Below the pieces are notes generated by a model, which saw only the letters and a list, made by a program, of their open reading frames with translations, did not search any database and was not told the origin of the DNA. A stretch of DNA of 64,000 nt, taken from the NCBI GenBank assembly GCA_020137815.1, contig CM035358.1, positions 2,976,001 through 3,040,000 of the forward strand. Direction: 5' to 3'. The DNA comes from Hormiphora californensis (lineage: Eukaryota; Animalia; Ctenophora). Shown here piece after piece: positions 55,683 to 64,000 of this stretch; position 1 is the first letter of the stretch; each line of letters opens with the position of its first letter. Position numbers and translations under genes: made by a program.

Positions 55683-58600
55683 CTTTTTCTTTCTCTCTCT
55701 CTCTTACTCATTTCCTCTTTTTTTCTCCCCTCTCTCTCCCCTGAGAAAACAGTATAAACGGAACACGAACCTAACCCAATATTCTCCAGGTTGACTCCCT
55801 GACAGCGTCTGATCCCCGGGGTTACTACCTGGTTGGGCAGAAGATAGTACTTACCTGCCGGGTCTCGGGGACACGAGATGTCAGCATTGCCTGGAGCAAG
55901 GACAACTCTGAATACCTCTCAGGTGGGTGATGTGATGTGTGATGTGATATTGTGATATTGTGATGTGCAGTTGTGGTGAAGTGTGCTATGTGATTTATTA
56001 TCTGTAGTGTTTTGTGTAATGACTGATGAGTAGTTGTGTGGTGTGATGATTCGAATTAGAGTTGAACAAAAGAGAAACAAGTCATATTGAACGCACAAAA
56101 ATATTTACACAATCGTGCACACCACGAAAAAGGGCTTTGTAGTTTATGCAAGGTGCTTATCACACGAAACCAACGATTACAGCTCAAGAGGAGTTGCTAA
56201 ATGATGCATAAACTAAGATGCTATAGTAGCTGACATTAGATGCGCCCAGTATCAAAAGTGCTAACTGCTGGAGTATTTGGATGTATTCAAGTGCTTTAGG
56301 TTTATCTAGTTACCTAGGTAACATAGGTACTTCATGAGTAATTTTGATGCATTTTGTATGAAGACATGCACAAAGTATCCTACTCAGTAGTCACTGTCTT
56401 CGTCGCTGTCGTATTTAGGTGGATTGTACCGCCGTGGCTCTGGCACCCCTGGAACGTTATACGTCACAAATTTGCTATAGAAACTTTCCTTTGAGGTTTT
56501 GAGAAACTTTGATGGAGCTTAGATAAGATATATTAGTCTAGATAAGATATATGACCTCGATTTTTATCCCAAACACTCATTCTTACCTTTTATTCCCTCT
56601 CCCTCAAAATTGATAATTCTATTCTCTCCCAGAGTCCCAGACCCTATCTTAGGGCCCTAGCCCACTCTAGATGACATCTCCCCAACAACTACTGGCCCCA
56701 ACAACTCTGGCTCATAGAATCAATGAGCCAGAGCCTTTGCTCTAACAGTTCCCCTCCCCAATGTCTAACCATATAGCTCGCAAGCATCCACAACATCCTT
56801 CACTGCTTTCTCCATTTTAGTAAACCGTTCTTCCTTGACTGTCACCTCCCTCTCTACATAGGACAACTCGTTTTGTTGAGAGCTCCTCTCTCGTTCCATC
56901 TTCTCGACTTCATACTGAAATGAAACAAAACATTGATATTGGTCAGAATCTGTCAGAGCATTGGCCTGACCCTATTCCCATTCAGCGGTCAGACCATTAG
57001 CCTGTCAGGTCAATAAAACATTAGGTTATAATCTGTCTGTTTTCTAGCATACCGTCTCCACCTGTTTTCGATTTTATAGATCTAACTACCTCTGCCCTTT
57101 GACAAAAAGTATGATACCTCTAGCTCGACATTCTCATTCTTCATTGTCAGGTTCTCCTCTTGAGCGGACTCCATCTCATTCTCAAGGAGCTTGATTTTGG
57201 ACGATAGCGTCTGTTTATCTTTCTGTGTCTGAAGAAAGAGGGAGAGTTTTTGTAGGAGCTCAAAATAGATAAAACCTAAAACTCGTCCAGCAGTACCACT
57301 GCTCTAATGGGCTAAAATTAGGAAATTTTCTAAGTCAGGGACTCTAGATCGAGCTACGATAACTATAATGATTGAGAATCATTCAGCCAGTATATAGTTT
57401 ATTGAATACATGTCTGAATGATTCCGGAAAACCATACTGCTTACAGTTGCTAGTTTCTCTGTTATGATTTTCAGCTCCAGATTTAGGTCGTCACATCTCT
57501 TCTTAGCTAAATCTCTCTGCTCCATCAACACAATAACCATGTTCTTCACTCGCTCCATGATTACTGCTGGTTCTACTGAGGGTGATTTGGAAATCAATAG
57601 TGGGGTAGAAATAACCCCTTATACTCAGTATCCGGCACTTGCAGAGCAGGAGCTCCTGCATGCTGGAGAGGAAGGGGAGCTGAGCTACCAATTTAATTAT
57701 AGTGTGGGATGCAGGTTCAAAGAAGCAACAATCCTCTCACTCAAGTGCTAAACTGAAACATGCAACATGTACAAGGAATATAGGGGTTTCTCCTGCTATA
57801 CAATACAATGCTAGGAGAGAACGGAAACAGTATAGGCGCCGTATAGTTGCGATGACACAAAAAACACACAGTGTACACAAGTTTTGTTTATTGGATTAGT
57901 TGATGTAAAACGCTAAACATTCCCCACATAAAACAGTACCTAGACATAACACTTTTATAGCACTTCTATAACACTATTACACTTACATCAATGTTGAATC
58001 ATTAATGAAGATAATATACGCCCAACGCAGCACAAACAAACAAACAACTCATTTTTTTACAATCTTCAGTCGTCACATATTTTTTACCCTCAACTAATAA
58101 TATGTTGTTCCACCTCTTCTCTAATCCTCCCCTTACCCTCCAGACAAATCGGTGATAAAGGAGGAGAGAACGGTTAGCAAGGGTGACTATGAGGAGGTAC
58201 AATCTGAGATCACCATAACAGCCGCGTATCTGGATGACCAGGGTTCTTACAGGTACCTAAATAGACAAATCAATCCTTTTGAATGATTGAGAAAGCAGCT
58301 TTTAGGAGAAGTAGAGCGAGATAATTTGGGGTGTCGATGTCACCATTAGACGGTGAACAGTCGACTAGTGATGTCGACAAAGTGAATGAAAAACACCTAT
58401 ACTTCCCGCCCAGGTGCTATGTGAGGAACCATCTTGGTGACTCAAAACGAGACATCAAGATCAGAGTGTATGCAGCTGCAGTAGCTCCGACCCTAGTTGT
58501 GGGTCCAATTAACACTGTCCTGACAGAAGAGAATAACATGCTGGTGAAGTGCTCCTTCACCGGGGCACCCCCACCATGGGTGATCTGGAAAATTAATAAT

Positions 58601-59044
58601 CAGGTGAGAAAACTGCTACAATTAGTACGGTGTTAGATATCGTCTGATCTCAGTTTTGATATTATCAAGTTAAATTAAAAGCAAAACAAACCCGCCCTGA
58701 AATCCAGGATTGATCTGGCATTTTTGGCCTTGCCCTCTCCCCCTAATCCTAAACTCCTCCTTATTCAGCCGGTCCAGCAAACTGAGAGAATCTTGGTAAC
58801 TGCTACAGAGGACGGTCTCACATCAAATCTAGTTATACGTGACGCCCGGCGTAGCGACTCTGGCAACTACAGCTGCGAGGGCCACAACAAGGCAGGGAAA
58901 ACGAATGTGGGCAGTTTACCAATTTCAATTTACTACACAGACACTGATGGATTGAGAAATGGGACTAACTCAACGAGATCGAGAGGTGTTGTAATGTCCC
59001 TCTTGCCGTGCCTTATATTGTTAGTTTTACTTCTTGCTTACTGA
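46514..59044 (+). CDS. Cell-surface Ig-superfamily protein: LCCL-like domain + seven Ig domains + GPI signal (contactin/L1-like)
   Basis: About 17 phase-compatible exons (46514, 46829, 47176, 47459, 47800, 48120, 53080, 53310, 53518, 54101, 54371, 54638, 55024, 55184, 55790, 58144, 58414, 58769). YTYSTPICMAALFEG...GGSF is LCCL-like. Repeated C...W...DxGxYxC Ig motifs. Hydrophobic C-terminus VVMSLLPCLILLVLLLAY*. The 5' exon is uncertain and there is a probable 1-bp error near 46588. Confidence 0.88.
48315..48615. repeat. (CTTAT)n microsatellite
   Basis: About 60 copies immediately after the Ig exon donor. Confidence 0.97.
48801..49744 (-). CDS. Nested antisense gene copy A: signal peptide + 142-aa beta-rich domain + Sushi/CCP domain
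   Basis: Exons 49744-49681 (MHWTSVFVLTAAALWCIATST), 49565-49140 (GWATVEQG...WDLEGTPLQIKT...DTASDFFKA) and 48992-48801 (TTCPAF...GTSITIYC...VLIGG...SCKEDGTWS....QC). All phase-1 GT-AG. 3' end unresolved. Confidence 0.82.
50505..50840. repeat. (TTAATTCTTATC)n 12-bp minisatellite
   Basis: About 28 near-perfect copies ending at a CAG acceptor. Confidence 0.97.
50844..50905 (+). pseudogene. Truncated exact duplicate of the 5' part of Ig exon 53080-53161
   Basis: Identical to 53080-53141 and joined directly to the start of the second duplicated unit. Confidence 0.8.
51097..52067 (-). CDS. Nested antisense gene copy B: signal peptide + 142-aa domain + Sushi/CCP domain
   Basis: Exons 52067-52004, 51888-51463 and 51288-51097. 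Same exon lengths (64/426/192) and phases as copy A; open frames. Confidence 0.82.
52838..53076. repeat. (TTAATTCTTATC)n 12-bp minisatellite
   Basis: About 20 copies ending at the CAG acceptor of Ig exon 53080. Confidence 0.97.
53693..53865. mobile_element. Tc1/mariner-type MITE (same family as 33876)
   Basis: TA|CAGT..CGGACCCCGATTTAGTGGC ... GCCACTAAATCGGGGTCCGACTG|TA. Confidence 0.85.
56384..57558 (-). CDS. Nested antisense short coiled-coil protein, tropomyosin-like (~167 aa)
   Basis: Exons 57558-57445, 57228-57118, 56914-56770 and 56517-56384 with matching phases. MERVKNMVIVLMEQRDLAKKRCDDL... heptad pattern; acidic tail YDSDEDSDY*. Confidence 0.78.
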
Positions 59045-60580
59045 GGAGAGTAGAGAGAGAGGATCTCTGTTTTTTATCATAGATTTTTATACTGCTTCAA
59101 ATTGTTACAAGGGTACGACGGCTCTTTCTAAATGATAAATTAAGACTGTTTTTGTGACTGTTTAGCTCTTATTTGTCGATGAAGAATTAGCGCATCAATT
59201 TGACTCTGAAAATGTGACATTGTGACATTGTGACTACTATTTTATGATGTAGGGCCCTTATTATTTTGTGTACATATATGCTAACGATTAGTAAGAGGGA
59301 CGTGAAAATGAAATCATGGAATATTTATCGTTAGATGGTCCACGCTATAATATCCTCAACATTTGATCATGCTATTTATTTTTGCCCCCCTGAAAGAAAA
59401 TTTCAGCCATAAAGTGTTATTTATTCTCATTTACATACACCATGAGTCCGAGGCCTTTATTTTTAACCAAGCCATCTGCTATCCCGCAAAGTGTAGCTAT
59501 AAAATATTCCCTAAGATGTTAATTTAACTTGAAGCACAGCTTGGGAATTGGAAATTGAGTGAGTAGAGGATCATGCCTATATTGAATATTGAACTGATGC
59601 GTGATGGATATTGTATTGACTATCTTGACAGTTTACACTGTCTTTCATATCGGCCGAATGGGTGACAGTGTATCCTGTCAACAACTATCATACACATTAT
59701 CTTGAATCGCCTGACACTGTGTTTGACCAATTCAAACATACACATGGTATATGAATATTTGTTTTTACCGTTTTAGTTATTGCCCAAATCCACGTTGTTT
59801 TCGATTCCAATGGAACGGGGAATCCCTCCTTTACATTTGTTTCCCGTGCAGGGTGCGGTGAAACAGGGTCGAGCAAGGCAATACAAACGTTATTATTCAA
59901 ACTAACATTGCCTTACAATTGGAAACAGTGCGGTCCGGTTCTGAATCTGTTGTCCAGATCAGCAACAGTTCAAGTCATATTTCCCACGGTATCACGTGAC
60001 CTGAACTGCGCGGTACCTTTTCGCGCGTTCTCCGCGCAGTGACTGTATGTGGCGTGTCACCGCGCCCTCCGTTATTAAAATACAAACAGCGGTATGTTGT
60101 TGGTGCCGTTTGGGGCAAATCCTGATGAAAAGGCGTTGACAATATTTTATACAATTTAGTTGTACACATCTCGTTTTCAGTTCTCTCGCTCTCTATACAT
60201 ATGCAAACACACACGTACATCTGTGTTTCTGTTTAATTCTTTTAAATAAAACGTCAAATCCCTGGACCTTGATGAAGCTTCAACACCTGTCTAGCGCTGC
60301 AGATCCAGTTAAAGCCTAAAGGAGACCGAGGCTTCACTTTTCAACCACACTCAACAATATTAAACCAGTGAGTGTACAAACACACCTACAGACTACCTAG
60401 ACACGTCTAAAACACGTATAACAGTTTAGCAGTTTAAAAAAGTGTTCACAAGAAAAAACCAAATACAAATAGCATGTCTACTGCTCTGTCTCTCAATTGC
60501 TCAATGAATATCTTCCGCTATCCAGCTCTCTCTCTTTTATCAAACTCACAAACTATGTGAGTGCTATTATATCAGGGGCT

Positions 60581-62440
60581 TCAAAAGTTAAAGCCCGATA
60601 AGTCTATCCGTATTTCCCTTAATTTCCCCTCGAGAATCTCCGTTGAATTACAAATAGGACAAAGTCCGGTTTCCATCAGTTTTAATGCACATTCGCTGTG
60701 TAAATGGTGACCACAGAACACTTCCACTAGCTGAAAAATAGGGGGAGAGTGTTAGGAACGAGTAAAGATAGATATACCGTACTGAACCCCATCTTTTATA
60801 CCTCAAACTAAGAGTGAGTGAGTGTAGCTTCCCTTTGAAAGTAGATCCCCCACATGATATAAGTTTATTAGACCTGGGTTTAGAGGCAGCCCGAGTACAT
60901 AGAGGGACAGTGGACACGAGACTAAAGATTTTCAGTGGGCAGTTTTGGGTGTTGTCATGGTGAAAAATTGAATCATGTATGTATCACTATGTGTGTTCAT
61001 TCCCTTACGATAATTTCGTTTTCCACATCTATCTATAGAAAATCAAGATCTCCCCAACTCATATCCCATCCCCATGATTAATATTATTTTCTGCTAAATT
61101 ATTAACTATACCTCTTCGTTGGGTTCGAATTTCTTTTCGCAGCAGCAAGCCTTTTGTCGGTCCGTCTCTTTGAACTGTACCACTGCAAAGAAAATGGGGG
61201 TGAGGAGAGAGAGAGAGAGAGAGAGAGAGATTGGATTCTATAAAATAGAAGAGAGCGAGAAAGAACACGTGGGGCCACGCACAACTAGAAGAAAAAAATA
61301 GAGAAAGACTAAGATCATGGTCAAGATTAAGACAGTTCCAAGAAGACTTGCCATTCTCTAAATGACCAGATTCATAATTATGCATCCTTAATTCTTTAAA
61401 TAGTAGGAGAGGCTAATAATAAATTAAGATCTATATTTCTGTATCGGCCACTATATACACGGCAATTTCCGGCAGCCATACTCAGCAACCACAATTAACA
61501 ATTATGCACATACAGTCAAACTCGGGGAATGGGGATAAATGGAAGGTAATATCGAGGTTTGAATGTGTACAAACTACCATATCGGTTTAATATCCCCCCT
61601 ATATATAATAGCCACCTCCCCTCTCACCTGGTAACCGTGCGAATTCAACAGCACTGAGAGGTTGTGGTTGTGGTTCAAGGTTGCTCATATTAGGAGGAGG
61701 ACTGGCGGATCTGGGTCGATTATACGTGACTGGGGAGTAATCGGGGCTGATAGGGTCGATCTGGTAGTCGTACGAGTTATCGCTATACTCACTGGAACCT
61801 CTCTGGAGAAAAAGGGGAGAGGGTGTTAAACAAGGTAGCTGATAAATACGTGTTGTACTAAACTTGGTTTGGAGTACCTTCTAGTTCTACCTTTTAATCT
61901 ACAACCCTGGCCCTAACTAATCATCTATACAACCTTCAACTAAAACTACAACGAGAACACAGATTCAATAACCTCTGATTTGAAGCGTATAGACGGTTGA
62001 ATCAATGTGAAATGAAGCATTATATTGTGTGTAGGGGTTGGTTGTTCACACGTGTACGACAGAAAGAAACACAAAGATAGAAGAATGAGAGATGTGATGT
62101 GAAGAAGAACAACGAATTATAATGTTAAATTAAACCAAATTGTCATACTCGTGATCTCTCTTCTTAATGATGTAGTGGAATTATCTAACCAGTAGCCAAT
62201 ATCATATGATGTTGTTTCATCAAGACCAATAGTAATAAGTAATCATGATTTAATGGTTTTGAATTTGTCTTGATTGCGTACTTTCGGACCACTAAACTAT
62301 AAATAGATTAAATCGGAACTCCATTTAACCTAGACCAATTCAGATATTTTGTGTCCTATAGTTCACATTTCCTTGTAGAATTGGGTGTACAAATAACTTA
62401 CACACTACACCCACGCTTTGAGTAAGCAAGGATAAAGGAG

Positions 62441-62531
<91 letters not shown>

Positions 62532-62613
62532 GCTCATGTAAGAGTGTGTGCAATACCTTTGCTGCGTCATGTTCAAATCCGGGATTAACAAAAACCATAC
62601 AACCCCTGCTCAT
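60581..62613 (-). CDS. RING-H2 finger protein (putative E3 ligase)
   Basis: Exons 62613-62557, 61802-61628, 61182-61112 and 60730-60581, phases consistent. ACCCEKKFEPNEELVEVFCGHHLHSECALKLMETGLCPIC. Confidence 0.8.
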
Positions 62614-64000
62614 CCACAGATTCAAAATGAGCTTCAGATTTTTGAGGATGCGGGGTTTGAAGCTTCCTGGAGGTCTTGATTTCAGCGTGCTGCGGGCCAA
62701 GTTTCACAAGCTGTACCAGACGTTGTGTACAATTATACGAGGAAACTACCCTACACCAAGTTGTTATGTTCTAACCCTCTTTTACAGGGCGCAGTGAGAC
62801 TCCGGCCGTGAGAGAGGGTCGAGACTCGAGCTAGGTAAGTATAGTGTGTACAACAAAATAATTATAATAGTGGCTCAACACCTCGTAGTAGCAGCGCACT
62901 GTGAACTCATATAGTAGCACTAGCTGCGGAGAGATGTGGCACTAGGTGGAGACAGCAAAAAGGTGTGAACTAACACGTGTACATGTCGAGGTTTCTAGAT
63001 TATTAGACAGAAACACAAGGAGACTGAGAGAGACATAGCAGCAACCTGCAACTTGGGGTAGATAATCCATACAAGATGAAGACATAAAGAACGCTAAGCA
63101 GAGACTGAGGAAAGGAGAGTATAAGGAGGACGGGACCGGAAGCTCGAATGCTATACACAACGTAGTACAAGCTAGGATAGATAGCAACTAAACTGCTCAT
63201 AAAGCTGTACTTATCTCTTTTATTCTCTTAATTTCTCTAGTATTCCCTCATTCTCTCTCTTCTTAAGAACGATAAGAGACTGAAAATATTAAAAAGCATT
63301 GGTAGTCTCCAGAAACTATATGTTCAAATTATCCTACTATCTAGGCAGTAACGGTAGCTAATAATGGACAATTGAGACCGGCACGCAGTATATTATACTA
63401 GGTTTAACCTACAATTGAATAAATTACATGCTGAGTCTCAATTGAACTACAATTGCCTTACTCGACCCTGTCTCACCGTGAAAAATAAAAAAGGGTTTGA
63501 ACAAAACAAATCATTGTATGCTCAATTCAGTATCATTGCGGGACTCATATCAAACTGACTAACACAACGACATCCAGTAACAATGTTTTCTATAGAACCA
63601 GTTCAAAGAGAAACGGAAAAGATGAATTGATAGAAATGGAGTAAAAAAGGAAACTATTTAAAAAAACTTTTACAGCATGTCATTGGTAGCAAGTAATAAA
63701 ATGATATATAACGTGCATTTTATATCGTATATAGAGAAAAGGAATTGTAAGAGAGTCCTGGTAACTGAGAGAGATAGGGAGATATAGAGAGAGAGAGGGA
63801 GAGAGAGGGAGAGAGAGAGGGAGAGAGAGAGAGAGAGAGAGGGAGGGAGAGAGAGAGATAGGTAGAAAGATAAGATAGCCACATGGCATTATACACATGT
63901 ACAACGGGCTGTTTTCCCACACAATTGTGTGCACAACATTGTTATTTTGCCCATGAACATGCACAAGCACACACACACTTATTATATACATGTGTGCTAT

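Overview
Intron-rich eukaryotic (animal) genomic DNA with GT-AG splicing and many microsatellites. A divergent SIX homeobox gene, the 'WDLEGTPLQIKT' domain family and nested intronic genes suggest a ctenophore (inference). Spliced genes reconstructed by hand: a partial membrane-protein gene (-), a LIV-1-type ZIP/SLC39 metal transporter with two duplicated alternative last exons (+), a SIX-class homeobox gene (+), a papain-family cathepsin L-like protease (+), a CANT1-type apyrase (+), a LITAF-domain gene (-), an LCCL + 7xIg GPI-anchored adhesion protein (+) and a RING-H2 gene (-). The Ig gene hosts antisense nested genes: two diverged copies of a signal peptide + unknown domain + Sushi gene, and a tropomyosin-like gene. 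Mobile DNA includes an L2-group LINE whose ATG-less ORF2 is joined to ORF1 by a candidate -1 slippery site, an ORF1-only LINE-like element sharing its 3' end, nested TIR elements (one with a tRNA-like cassette) and Helentron-like repeats. About 12.65-15.6 kb is low-quality sequence, and several single-base frameshifts elsewhere are probably assembly errors.
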